The notes beneath the pieces are model-generated. The model ran no database searches. It was not told the origin of the DNA and saw only the letters and a list, made by a program, of their open reading frames with translations. DNA of 64,000 nucleotides from Verrucomicrobiota bacterium (lineage in GTDB: Bacteria; Verrucomicrobiota; Verrucomicrobiia; Chthoniobacterales; JAFAMB01). The stretch lies in the NCBI GenBank assembly GCA_041167675.1, contig JBEEIB010000008.1, positions 2,380 to 66,379 of the forward strand, in the 5' to 3' direction. This document shows positions 38,894 to 48,487 of this stretch, piece by piece. Positions within the stretch are counted from its first letter, which is position 1; every line of letters starts with the position of its first letter. Both the position numbers and the translations under genes were made by a program.

Positions 38894-40438
38894 ATGAACT
38901 CTACCGATGTTCAGGCCGTGCGCGCCGAGCTTTTTTCGCGCTTACAACTCCGAGAAGAAGAGAGCGGAGTTTTCAGCGGAAAATGGTCAGGAAACGGTCC
39001 GCTCCTAAAAAAACATTCTCCAATTGATGGTTCCATTCTGGGATCGGTGCGACAGGCAACGGCCGAAGATTACGATCAAGCAGCCAGGGCTGCGCAGCGC
39101 GCCTTCGAGAAATGGCGTCTGATTCCTGCGCCTCGTCGCGGCGAGTTGATCCGCCGGCTCGGTGTAAAGCTGCGCGAGTTGAAGCCGTTCCTGGGACGCT
39201 TGGTCTCGCTGGAGGCCGGCAAAATCATCGCGGAAGGCGAAGGAGAGGTCCAAGAAATGATCGATATCTGCGACTTCGCCAACGGTCTCTCACGCCAACT
39301 GTACGGTCTAACCATTGCCTCCGAACGACCTGGTCACCGGATGTTCGAGCAGTGGCAACCGCTTGGTATCGTCGGGATTATTTCGGCGTTTAACTTTCCG
39401 GTTGCGGTCTGGTCCTGGAACGCCGCCCTGGCCGTGATCTGCGGGAATGCAGTCGTTTGGAAACCGTCGGAGAAAACGCCTCTTACTGCAATCGCGTGCA
39501 CCAAGATCGCCGCCACGGTTTGTGAAGAGGCGGGTCAAGATCCGGCGATTTTTTCCTTGGTAATTGGTGGACGCGAAACTGGCGCGTTGCTGGCAAACGA
39601 TCGACGGATCGCGCTCTTATCCGCAACTGGATCAATGCGAATGGGAAAAGAAGTGGCTCAAACGGTTGCCCGACGTCTGGGCAAATCGCTGCTGGAACTC
39701 GGCGGCAATAACGCGGTGATCGTAACTCCATCAGCGTCCCTGGAGATGGCGAAACGAGCTCTGCTTTTCGGTGCGGTTGGGACTGCCGGCCAACGTTGTA
39801 CCAGTACGCGCCGGTTGATTGTACATCGCTCGGTTCGCGAGCGGCTGCTGCAATCTCTGCAAACGGCCTACCGAAGCGTGAAAATCGGAAATCCACTCGA
39901 GCCATCCACTTTGATGGGTCCGCTCATTGATGACGGGGCAGTCCAGTCGATGGGCGAGGCGCTAGCGCAGGTTCGTGCCCAGGGCGGAGAGGTGCGATTC
40001 GGCGGAGAACGCCTATCTGGCCCGAGATATCCTGGAGGCCAATATGTTCGACCTTGCATTGTTGAAGCCCAAAACGATTGGCCAATAGTCCAGAACGAAA
40101 CATTTGCACCGATCCTTTACGTGTTGACTTACGATCGTTTGGAAGAAGCCATCGCGATGCAAAATGGGGTTCCCCAGGGACTCAGCTCCTCAATCTTTTC
40201 CAATGATATTCAGGAGACCGAGACCTTCCTTTCTGCGATCGGCAGCGATTGTGGACTCGCGAACGTGAACGTCGGCACAAGCGGTGCAGAGATCGGCGGT
40301 GCTTTCGGTGGCGAAAAGGACACCGGAGGCGGCCGAGAAAGTGGAAGTGATGCTTGGCGCAACTATATGCGCCGCCAAACCAGCGTAGTTAATTACTCTT
40401 CAGACTTGCCGCTGGCGCAGGGAATACGGTTTGAGTGA
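38894..40438 (+). CDS. ALDH7-type aldehyde dehydrogenase (alpha-aminoadipic semialdehyde / piperideine-6-carboxylate dehydrogenase)
   Basis: Antiquitin-like N-terminus GVFSGKWSGNG...IPAPRRGELIRRLG, catalytic ELGGNNA and GQRCTSTRR. Start set at ATG 38894 (MNSTDVQ). Confidence 0.87.
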   Translation: MNSTDVQAVRAELFSRLQLREEESGVFSGKWSGNGPLLKKHSPIDGSILGSVRQATAEDYDQAARAAQRAFEKWRLIPAPRRGELIRRLGVKLRELKPFLGRLVSLEAGKIIAEGEGEVQEMIDICDFANGLSRQLYGLTIASERPGHRMFEQWQPLGIVGIISAFNFPVAVWSWNAALAVICGNAVVWKPSEKTPLTAIACTKIAATVCEEAGQDPAIFSLVIGGRETGALLANDRRIALLSATGSMRMGKEVAQTVARRLGKSLLELGGNNAVIVTPSASLEMAKRALLFGAVGTAGQRCTSTRRLIVHRSVRERLLQSLQTAYRSVKIGNPLEPSTLMGPLIDDGAVQSMGEALAQVRAQGGEVRFGGERLSGPRYPGGQYVRPCIVEAQNDWPIVQNETFAPILYVLTYDRLEEAIAMQNGVPQGLSSSIFSNDIQETETFLSAIGSDCGLANVNVGTSGAEIGGAFGGEKDTGGGRESGSDAWRNYMRRQTSVVNYSSDLPLAQGIRFE

Positions 40439-42491
40439 ATGCGTGCCCAATTGCGGGGATTGGGACAGTCAGGACGATGCTAGTTCCATGACCGGCGGCA
40501 GTTTGGATATCTAATTTTCCGTCAATTTGCGAGGCTCTTGTGCGCATGTTACTCAATCCGAAGCCTTCACTTTTCTCCAGGCTGGCACTGGAGATTCCAG
40601 ATCCATTATCTTTTACTTTAAGAATGAGATTAGGCGGTTCCCAGCGAAGCATCACGCTTACCACGGTAGGCTTGGCGTGGCGAACGGCGTTGCTGATCGC
40701 CTCCTGGGCAAAACGCAGCAGCTCGTGTTGTATCCTTGGTGGGAAACTTTCTTCGGGTATGTTGTCGGACCGGAAATCACAGCGCAACCGGCCCGCAACG
40801 TTCGAGTGCTCAACCAAACGTTGCAACGTCGTAGTCAATCCTGATTCCTCAATAGCATTGGAGCGTAGGCTAAGAATGGATCTGCGCGCTTCAGCTAAGC
40901 CAAACTGTGCGATTTCGTTTGCCAGCTGAATTTGGCAGAGAGGATCGCCTTCCTTTGCAGCGAGTTGCTCCCCGGCGACTCCCAGTTGCATCGAGATGCC
41001 GGTAAAGCTTTGAGCCAGTGCATCATGGATCTCAGCGGCGAGCTGATTTCGCTCTTCTAGAACGGCAGATTGGCTGGCGGCTTTTGCCAATCGAGTCAGA
41101 TGAATGGCCAAGCTGGCTTGGGTTGCTAAGGCTCTGGCGATTTCTAGTTCCTCCGGGTGAAAATCACGCTCCTCTGTAAAACGAAAGGTCAGCCGGCCGT
41201 TGGCCTGGCCACGTGAAGTCAACGGAATGATCAATACCGTCTTTACCCCGAGCTCACGCAGGTAGGAGCGCTGATCCTCAGGCATTGGCGAATGCTGATC
41301 AAGAACACGAATGATGGCGGCCGGCGGATCCAAAAAAGTGGCGACACGTTGTTCGTCTTCAGTCCACCTGAAAGCAGAGTGGTATAGGAAATTGGGATCG
41401 AATTGCTCCACCGACACAGATTGCCAGCGTTCGGGATATTTTGCTTCATCCGGAGTCATGACTCGGCCATCTTGGAAGACGAGCTCCAGCGGCAGTGTAT
41501 TTTGCTCGAAATTACGCACCCGTAACGTAGAAGAGACCGCCCCCAACTGCCGCGTGATCGCAGCCATCACTTGCCCAAGGAAATCATCCAGTTCGGGTAC
41601 CGAGGCAAGCGCATCGAGGCATCCCCGAAGAGCCTCGTTTGCTTTTGCCAACTCGGCGGCGCGCTGCTGCGCAAACAGTTCCCGTTCGCGTGCCATGGCC
41701 GCTCGCATTTCTTCCGCGCGCTTCAAACCGGTAATGTCCATGACCGCTCCCCCGAATTCAAAGCTGCCTGACTCGTTTTTTGAGGCACGGCCCACAACCC
41801 GGAGGTATTTGACGGATCCATTAGGCATCAACAACCGATGCTCAAAATCGAAATCCTTCTTCTCAAGTGAAACACGATCGACTACTTGTCGGACCAGCGC
41901 TCTGTCTTCCGGGTGAATTCGGTGCATTACTAGTTCCAACGTAGGTTCAGTCGGGGGGTCGTATTCAAAGATGCGAAAGGTTTCCTGGGACCAGTAAATT
42001 TTCCCGGTGGAAACATCCCAGCCGAAGCTGCCCGTGTGGCTCAATTTTTGCGCCTCGGCCAAGTAAGCTTCACTTCGTTGCAGGGCTTCTTCGGCTCGAC
42101 TGAGGTCAGTTCGTTCCTCGGCTTCCCGTAAGGCCCGTTGCACCGAGGGCACGATCCTGAACAGCCGCGTCTTCAAAACATAATCCGTCGCGCCGATCTT
42201 GAGTGCTTCAATTGCCACTTCTTCCCCCAAGGCTCCAGAGACAAAGATCAATGGCAGATGCGGCCAGTGTTGCTGGGCGATTTTCAATGCAGACAGGCCG
42301 TCGAAGGCGGGAAGGGTATAGTCTGCGAGAATCAAGTCGAAGTCGCCCTGTTCGAGTGACGCGATGAAATCAGCCTCAGTTTCAACCCTCGTTATTTCGG
42401 CCTTAATACCGTCGATCGCCAGCATTCCCTGAACCAGCTCCGCGTCCTTGGGTTCATCTTCCAGATACAGAATCCGTAACGGAGATTTCAT
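40389..42491 (-). CDS. hybrid sensor kinase: REC-PAS-GAF-HisKA_3-HATPase_c
   Basis: N-terminal receiver (ILYLEDEP...DLILADYTLP), PAS and GAF-like middle regions, H-box AAEIHDALAQ, and ATPase motifs. The 3' tail overlaps the convergent ALDH gene by 50 nt. Confidence 0.88.
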   Translation of the reverse strand: MKSPLRILYLEDEPKDAELVQGMLAIDGIKAEITRVETEADFIASLEQGDFDLILADYTLPAFDGLSALKIAQQHWPHLPLIFVSGALGEEVAIEALKIGATDYVLKTRLFRIVPSVQRALREAEERTDLSRAEEALQRSEAYLAEAQKLSHTGSFGWDVSTGKIYWSQETFRIFEYDPPTEPTLELVMHRIHPEDRALVRQVVDRVSLEKKDFDFEHRLLMPNGSVKYLRVVGRASKNESGSFEFGGAVMDITGLKRAEEMRAAMARERELFAQQRAAELAKANEALRGCLDALASVPELDDFLGQVMAAITRQLGAVSSTLRVRNFEQNTLPLELVFQDGRVMTPDEAKYPERWQSVSVEQFDPNFLYHSAFRWTEDEQRVATFLDPPAAIIRVLDQHSPMPEDQRSYLRELGVKTVLIIPLTSRGQANGRLTFRFTEERDFHPEELEIARALATQASLAIHLTRLAKAASQSAVLEERNQLAAEIHDALAQSFTGISMQLGVAGEQLAAKEGDPLCQIQLANEIAQFGLAEARRSILSLRSNAIEESGLTTTLQRLVEHSNVAGRLRCDFRSDNIPEESFPPRIQHELLRFAQEAISNAVRHAKPTVVSVMLRWEPPNLILKVKDNGSGISSASLEKSEGFGLSNMRTRASQIDGKLDIQTAAGHGTSIVLTVPIPAIGHAFTQTVFPAPAASLKSN

Positions 42492-42498
42492 TTCCGGG

Positions 42499-42951
42499 CT
42501 ACTTGGCTTTTATGCTTCCTGGTGGCGGCTCGTTAATGATCGCCCAGAAAACTCCGAGTTCCCTAATCGCGTTTACGAACTCGTAAAAGTCCACAGGTTT
42601 TACGACATAGGCATTCACGCCCAGGCTGTAGCTCGCTACCATGTCTCTTTCTTCATGGGAAGAGGTGAGCACGACCACCGGAATCATCCTGAGCTTCTCA
42701 TCCGATTTGATCTGCTGCAGCACCTCCAACCCATCGATCTTGGGTAATTTCAGATCGAGGAGCAGGACGGCGGGATTACCATTCGAGCGGGTAGCGAAGG
42801 CACCCCGGCGATAAAGATAATCCAGAGCCTCCTCGCCATCAGGGGTGACTACAACCTCGTTGGCAAGATTATACTCCTCTAAGGTCGTTAGAGTAAGTTC
42901 GACGTCTTTCGGGTCGTCTTCAACCAACAGGATACGTCCCAAGGCGCTCAT
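42499..42951 (-). CDS. single-domain response regulator (CheY-like)
   Basis: 150 aa. ILLVEDDPKD...VLLLDLKLPKIDG...VVVLTSS receiver motifs. Confidence 0.9.
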   Translation of the reverse strand: MSALGRILLVEDDPKDVELTLTTLEEYNLANEVVVTPDGEEALDYLYRRGAFATRSNGNPAVLLLDLKLPKIDGLEVLQQIKSDEKLRMIPVVVLTSSHEERDMVASYSLGVNAYVVKPVDFYEFVNAIRELGVFWAIINEPPPGSIKAK

Positions 42952-42954
42952 AAG

Positions 42955-44487
42955 TTAGACTCCCTGCGATTTGGAAAGTGAGAAATAAAAGGTTGCGCCC
43001 TTATCCACCAGACCCTCAGCCCAGGCTTTGCCTCCATGGCGATGGACAATACGCTGAACGGTAGCCAACCCAATGCCGGTGCCTTCAAACGCCTCACGTG
43101 CGTGGAGGCGTTGGAATACACCGAACAGTTTGCTTACATACTTCATATCAAACCCGACTCCATTGTCTCGAACAAACACCACTACCTGATCTTGTTCTTG
43201 GTCCGTGCATCCGATTTCGATCTCGGCCGGCGAGCGCGTACGGGTGAATTTTACTGCGTTCGAAATCAGATTGACTAGCGCGAGCCGTAGCATGGAGCGG
43301 TCTCCGTACCAGGTGGGTAAGCCGCCAACTCTCCAAACAATATCGCGCCCGACGGTGTCGGGCCGAACTTCGGTCAAAGCTTCTTCCACCAGCTGCTCCA
43401 AGTTGACCATCGTCTTATGGGTCTCTGTACGGCCTATTCTGGAAAAGGCTAGCAGGTCGTCGATCAGGTTGCCCATCCTTTGCGCCGATTCCAGGATCAT
43501 CATCACATATCGTTGGTTTCTCTCATTAAGGAGTTTGGCCGTATTTTTTTGCAGCAGCTGCGTGAACCCGGCCATATGGCGAAGGGGCGCGCGGAGGTCA
43601 TGCGATATGGAATAAGCGAATGCCTCCAATTCCTTATTAGTGGCCTCAAGTTCAGCGGTTCGTTTCCCAAGTTCTTCGTTAAGGATGCGAATTTCCTGCT
43701 CCCGCCGCTCGCGCTCGGTGATGTCGTTGTTTGTTTCCAGGATCGCAACGGGTTGCCCCTGCTCGTCTCGCCGCAATGACCATCGGCTGGCTACTACCAC
43801 CCGGGTTCCGTCAGCCCTGGTCTTCTTGAGTTCGCCATCCCAACGTCCGGAGCGCAGCAGCTCCGCGTGAATCTCGTCAATCGGCGCCGGGAAGACCGAC
43901 TGCAAAAGCTCGTGAGCGCGCTTGCCGATCGCTTCCTCCGCCGTCCAGCCGTACAACTCCTGAGCTCCTCGATTCCAGTAAGTGATGAGGTCACTCATAT
44001 CACGGACGTAAATGGTGTCGTGGGTGAGATTCAGCAAGCTGGCCTGCTGAGTTCGCTCTGCCACTTCGATTTCGAGGTCGTCGCGGGCTTGACGAAGCTC
44101 TCCCTCGACGCGGCGTCGAAGGGCGCTGAACCAGGTGACCAGCGATGCGAATGAGGCGAAGACAATATAGTAAGGGAGATCAGAAAGTGAGATGTCGAGC
44201 GTGTGTAAAGGCTCTACGAAGAAGTAATCGAAGCTGATGCATGAGAGTAGAAGCGCCAGCACGGCACCCTCAGTCCCTCCATACCAGGCGGCTACGGCGA
44301 CGGCAAACAGGAACAGCGGGACCTCCACGTCGCGGAAGTGAAAGCGCTCCAAGAGAAGCGCCCCGCCGAGCGCCACGGAGACGGAAAGCACGGCAAGGCC
44401 ATAGCGTTGAACCCTAGACAGCGGCTTCGGCAATTGGGGTTTGCATCGCACCGTGGCCTGCCTCGCTTCGAGACGTGCCTGATCCAT
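42955..44487 (-). CDS. PAS-domain sensor histidine kinase with N-terminal membrane module
   Basis: Hydrophobic N-terminus (KdpD-C/DUF4118-like), PAS, H-box FAYSISHDLRAPLRHM, N/G boxes DNGVGF and GTGIGLATV. Confidence 0.9.
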   Translation of the reverse strand: MDQARLEARQATVRCKPQLPKPLSRVQRYGLAVLSVSVALGGALLLERFHFRDVEVPLFLFAVAVAAWYGGTEGAVLALLLSCISFDYFFVEPLHTLDISLSDLPYYIVFASFASLVTWFSALRRRVEGELRQARDDLEIEVAERTQQASLLNLTHDTIYVRDMSDLITYWNRGAQELYGWTAEEAIGKRAHELLQSVFPAPIDEIHAELLRSGRWDGELKKTRADGTRVVVASRWSLRRDEQGQPVAILETNNDITERERREQEIRILNEELGKRTAELEATNKELEAFAYSISHDLRAPLRHMAGFTQLLQKNTAKLLNERNQRYVMMILESAQRMGNLIDDLLAFSRIGRTETHKTMVNLEQLVEEALTEVRPDTVGRDIVWRVGGLPTWYGDRSMLRLALVNLISNAVKFTRTRSPAEIEIGCTDQEQDQVVVFVRDNGVGFDMKYVSKLFGVFQRLHAREAFEGTGIGLATVQRIVHRHGGKAWAEGLVDKGATFYFSLSKSQGV

Positions 44488-44874
44488 TCGGCACCAATTC
44501 TAACGGTTCTCCGTTCGCGCCGCCAGTTTTGCTTCACCTAGGCTGCGAGAGCGATAAATCCTGCGGCTGCTGGTGGTGAGGTCTTTGCGCATGCCGGATC
44601 TCGGTAACGAACTTCAGAAGGGATATCGAAAAGCTTGCCAGCGCTTCACGGCCATGCCAAGCGAACAATGGAATTTGGGAAAAGCACTGAGGCGGAGAGT
44701 TTCTCGGTCACCACGGAGCCGAGTACCCAGGGGTAGTCGGGTGCGTCGCTTCCGACCTCGCCAACTTGCAGGCCATGGTCCCAGTTGCGTCAATGGCTCG
44801 GTCGGGAACGTGCGATGCCCGGGAATGACGCGAGGCGTGCCGAAAAATCGAGCTACGGGGCACTTTGCAAATGG

Positions 44875-44930
44875 CGCATTCGAATATTCACCTTTCGCAT
44901 TCAGCATTCCGCAATCCGCATTTCGCCTGT
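44875..44930. repeat. heptamer array, CATTNCG subfamily
   Basis: CGCATTC GAATATT CACCTTT CGCATTC AGCATTC CGCAATC CGCATTT CGCCTGT. It overlaps the 3' end of the hydrolase gene, encoding AKCGLRNAECER*. Confidence 0.7.
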
Positions 44931-45742
44931 ATCCACTCTAGATAGTCCTTTAATACCGTGGCGCGAATCAAGTCGTTGTGCAGTTCGTGTCTCGCCTCCG
45001 GATAACTAATAAAAGTTTTGCTCGGCGCAAGCAGCTCTTCGAAATACGCTCGAGTTGCTTCGATCGAAGTTACTGAGTCTGCTTCGCCGTGGGTTAGCAA
45101 CACCGGCGCGTTTGCAGAAGGATGCGCCGTCAGCTGCCGGTTCGTTTTGATGATTTCAAGATAGGTGCGCACAGTGATGAAGCCGTGTCCCTTATCCAAG
45201 TCAGGAAAGCTGTTGAGAAGCGCTTGGTCGCGGCTATTATCGCCCGACTCTATCCCGGTTGGGAAACGCCATCCAGGCAACACCAGATTGAGCAGCCGAG
45301 CTGCTCCTTCCAACCAAATTGGCGGAGGACGCGAAAGGCCCAGCCAAGGCGAAGCAGCGATGTATCCGGCCGGCGCCCTTTTGCCAGATTGCGCGTACGC
45401 CAAAACAAGTTGGCCTCCGAGACTGTGACCAAAAAGAATGAGCGGTTCGGGCCGGCTCAGATGGGTAAACGCCGATTCAAGATCGTCCAAGTAATCCTGA
45501 TAACGTCTGATGGAAATCGGCCTCCCCTCGCTCGAGCCATGACCTCGCAAATCAAATGCGAACGCGGTGAAGCCAGCTCGAGCAAAAAAATCCCCGACGT
45601 GCATATAGCGCCCCGAGTGTTCACCCAACCCGTGGGCGATCACAATGGTTCCTTTGGATGGGCAATCTGGGATCCACCGACGAAAGAAAAGGTGTCGGCC
45701 AGGTTCGGTTTTGAAGGTCCCGGTAACTAAAGAGGGTTCCAT
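44888..45742 (-). CDS. alpha/beta hydrolase (lysophospholipase / monoacylglycerol lipase-like)
   Basis: HGLGEHSGRY and nucleophile elbow GHSLGG. 284 aa. Confidence 0.85.
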   Translation of the reverse strand: MEPSLVTGTFKTEPGRHLFFRRWIPDCPSKGTIVIAHGLGEHSGRYMHVGDFFARAGFTAFAFDLRGHGSSEGRPISIRRYQDYLDDLESAFTHLSRPEPLILFGHSLGGQLVLAYAQSGKRAPAGYIAASPWLGLSRPPPIWLEGAARLLNLVLPGWRFPTGIESGDNSRDQALLNSFPDLDKGHGFITVRTYLEIIKTNRQLTAHPSANAPVLLTHGEADSVTSIEATRAYFEELLAPSKTFISYPEARHELHNDLIRATVLKDYLEWIQAKCGLRNAECER

Positions 45743-45793
45743 AGCAAAGATCCAATCGACACTCGAGACATTTGGACGATCATTGGGAAAGGC

Positions 45794-46174
45794 ATGCGCT
45801 TAACTAATCTCCTGCGCTCTCTTCCTGTCGGCAAGACTTTGAATGAGTCAAAGGACCGGATTGTAAGTGCTCGGCTCAAGCAGATCGCGAACGAAGAGCT
45901 GAAGCCTTATGGAGAGATCCTCGAGTTGAGAGTCAATACCCTGGAACAATGCGCGGCCTGCAGCGTTCGTCTCAACGGCGAGACAGAAATATTGGATCTG
46001 GAGCTCAAGCATTTCCAGCTGACCAAAACAGAGAACCTTCGATCGATCGAAATCGAAGGGCAAGACATACAGACCTCGCGCGAATGGCTAACCGCTCTGC
46101 TCCAAGATAAGCTCGGTCGTAAAGCAGTGCCGCTACCGGCCCAATTGGGTTGGCTCATTGAGTTTTTGAGCTAA
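45794..46174 (+). CDS. hypothetical protein
   Basis: 126-aa ORF with protein-like composition. No family recognised. Confidence 0.45.
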   Translation: MRLTNLLRSLPVGKTLNESKDRIVSARLKQIANEELKPYGEILELRVNTLEQCAACSVRLNGETEILDLELKHFQLTKTENLRSIEIEGQDIQTSREWLTALLQDKLGRKAVPLPAQLGWLIEFLS

Positions 46175-46330
46175 AAGGAAGGGCGAAACACGCTACCGAG
46201 CGACAGCGAGCTCAGGCGTGTGAGCCAACCAAGTGGCAATGTGCGGCTCACAGTCCGGCAATGCGTGGCGCGGCCAACCAGGTATGTACCGGCCGGACTG
46301 TATCGCCCTGCCGTGATCGGCAAGGCCGAA

Positions 46331-47227
46331 TCACTCTGACAACAACGGTCGTCTCGAACGGAATGTTAGTTCGGAAATTCCGGATTTATCGATCTCGCCC
46401 AATCCAACCCGAATCATCTGATCGTATTGCGCCTTCGAGCCCTCCAAGAGCGGGAGGTGTAACCCTTGTTGTTGGGCCAGCGCTAAAGCGATCCCACTGT
46501 CTTTTGCGGCGTGAGCCGCCGAGAAAAATGTGCTGTGCTCGCGATCCAACATATCGGGACCGTCAGTTTCGAGAACCCGAGAATTAGCGCCGGTCTGGGA
46601 GAAAACTTCGGCCACCACTCGAAGATCTAGGCCAAGCGCATCGGCTAATCCGAGACCTTCGGCGAGACCGGCGGTATTGATGTTCATCACCATGTTAACC
46701 AAAGCTTTTAGCTCGGCTGCCTTTCCTGCCTCGCCGATGTACCGGGTCTTGAGCGTCAAATCCTTGAGGATCGGTTCGGCGCTTGCAACCGCCTCCGGTG
46801 ACCCGGCCAGCATCATGAATAATTTGCCCTCACGAGCATGGGTAACACTGGAAGCCATTGGCGCTTCCAATACCTTGGCACCTAATTCCGCCCCCTTGTG
46901 CGCGACTTCCCGATGGACCGAGGGACTGATGGTGGCACAATTTACGAACAGTCGTCCGGCCGCGTGCGTAAAAAGGTTGTCCGGCCCGAAATAGATGCCG
47001 CGCATCGCAGCATCATCCGTGACTACCGTGAAAACAGCTTCCGCGTCACGGCTCACCTCGGAAACGGACTTGGCCCCAGAACAAGCAAGTTCAGCGGCCA
47101 GTTCCGTCGCAATCTTTTGATTAGTGTCAAAAACTGTTGAGACGACATAGCCAACTTCCTTGAGTCGTCGTGCCATGTTCGCTCCCATGCGACCAACGCC
47201 GACAAAACCGATGCGAGGGGATTTCAT
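46331..47227 (-). CDS. NAD(P)-dependent beta-hydroxyacid dehydrogenase (3-hydroxyisobutyrate dehydrogenase family)
   Basis: IGFVGVGRMGANMARRL Rossmann motif and a 6PGDH-like C-terminal domain. 298 aa. Confidence 0.88.
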   Translation of the reverse strand: MKSPRIGFVGVGRMGANMARRLKEVGYVVSTVFDTNQKIATELAAELACSGAKSVSEVSRDAEAVFTVVTDDAAMRGIYFGPDNLFTHAAGRLFVNCATISPSVHREVAHKGAELGAKVLEAPMASSVTHAREGKLFMMLAGSPEAVASAEPILKDLTLKTRYIGEAGKAAELKALVNMVMNINTAGLAEGLGLADALGLDLRVVAEVFSQTGANSRVLETDGPDMLDREHSTFFSAAHAAKDSGIALALAQQQGLHLPLLEGSKAQYDQMIRVGLGEIDKSGISELTFRSRRPLLSE

Positions 47228-47584
47228 ACAGTCGAATATGGATCTGTTTCAAAATGACAACAGCTTTAACTTACCTCGATCAGAGTCATTTCATTCATGG
47301 CTTTTACTCTCTCATCTTCAGATCATTGTGCGATGCTCAAGAGCCTTTACGAGAATAGACCCCCGAGGAAATCGGAAAAGAAGTCATGCTCGAATCGATG
47401 GAGTTGCTGACTCAAGCAACTCGGTCGACGCCAAACTTCGAGGCAGACCGCCTTCGCGAGGGGAACCCTCGTCGCTTCACATTTTAAGACTACCCGCTGG
47501 ACCGGTGGCACACGCAGAAGCCTCCGCAAAGAAAACCCTTTCCATCCAGATAAAAAGCGTTAATTTCGGGCTCCGCTGATTTCA

Positions 47585-47657
47585 GGGGTCTTAGCTCAGT
47601 TGGTAGAGCGCCTCAATGGCATTGAGGAGGTCAGGGGTTCGAATCCCCTAGGCTCCA
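47585..47657 (+). tRNA. tRNA-Ala (anticodon GGC)
   Basis: 73-nt cloverleaf folded by hand. Acceptor GGGGTCT/AGGCTCC with the G3:U70 Ala identity pair, D arm GCTC/GAGC, anticodon loop ATGGCAT, T arm AGGGG-TTCGAAT-CCCCT, discriminator A. CCA is not encoded. Confidence 0.95.
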
Positions 47658-47701
47658 AGTCCATTAAAAAGGAGCAGTTGCAACGACAAGTCTAAATGGT
47701 C

Positions 47702-47833
47702 TCAACTGTGCTCACGCTCTAGACCGATAAACAGCCCGATTGCTATCGCCAAACCGAGGCGGGTCAGGACTGGAACAAACGGCCAATGAGACACGAACCA
47801 CAGACTGGCGGCAGCATTTTCAGAAGTACCCAT
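47702..47833 (-). pseudogene. possible N-terminal remnant of an MgtC/DUF4010-type membrane protein
   Basis: A 43-codon ORF (MGTSENAAASLWFVSHWPFVPVLTRLGLAIAIGLFIGLEREHS*) stops right after the family-typical GLERE motif, 44 nt from the tRNA 3' end. Confidence 0.3.
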
Positions 47834-48013
47834 GTCGTTCTCTGAAAAATGATTTCAGGCTCCGGTGAACGCATTTACCACTTAGAGGCGCAACTCTAAC
47901 GAACCAAACCAGAGCGTAGTGAGAAGCTAAAGAGCTGGGCCACAGAGTCTAGAGACAATAATTTTATCGCATCGCTGCGGCCCAACTATCATCGTTCGGA
48001 GAGGCACCAAAGG

Positions 48014-48487
48014 ATGCCAAAAAAGAAGAGCACAAGATTTAACCCAAAGAAGGAAGTCTCCGTGATGGCATGGATTGAGAATGACGGAGGCTCCCTCTTG
48101 CTTGTTCGTCAGGCCGCCGGCCAAAAGCCTTGGACGTTGCCTGGGGGCAAAGTAAAACGGAATGAATCTCTGGAACGCGCGCTAAAACGCGAAGTGCGAG
48201 AAGAAACCGGGTTAAGCGTTAGGGCCACCGAATATCTTCAGATGTATGATCGGCCTAAGCGTGGGGCGATCACAATTTTGTTCAGAGTGTTGGTGCAAAG
48301 GCAGATCGGCCGCATGCATTTTCCTGCCGAAGAGATAGCCGATCTTGGTTTCTTTGATCGCCTGCCGGCAAACGCGACACCATCGGCTAAGTTTTTCTGG
48401 GAGTCGAAGGATCTTCCTCCTTTTCGCCCCGCTTGGCCGAAATTCGGACTCCGCCGCAAGAAGCCCAAAAAAAGCGACGGCCGGTGA
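48014..48487 (+). CDS. NUDIX hydrolase
   Basis: Nudix box GGKVKRNESLERALKREVREETGL. The start may be the internal MAWIENDGG. Confidence 0.85.
   Translation: MPKKKSTRFNPKKEVSVMAWIENDGGSLLLVRQAAGQKPWTLPGGKVKRNESLERALKREVREETGLSVRATEYLQMYDRPKRGAITILFRVLVQRQIGRMHFPAEEIADLGFFDRLPANATPSAKFFWESKDLPPFRPAWPKFGLRRKKPKKSDGR

Noticed and set aside
40389-40438. 50-nt convergent overlap between the ALDH7 gene and the hybrid kinase gene
   Set aside because: The kinase's last roughly 22 residues (PAIGHAFTQTVFPAPAASLKSN) follow the end of the ATPase domain and look like an unconserved read-on tail. There is no evidence of functional antisense coupling.
44573-44941. 122-aa and 97-aa overlapping ORFs in the 400-nt gap upstream of the PAS kinase
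   Set aside because: Both are extremely Arg/Pro-rich and partly translate a heptamer array. They are judged non-coding.
46219-46300. Two 8-9-bp stems (TGTGAGCC/GGCTCACA and CAGTCCGGC/GCCGGACTG) between convergent genes
   Set aside because: The stems are short, the loops are large (18 and 32 nt), the two are mutually overlapping, and there are no T-runs. This is within chance expectation.
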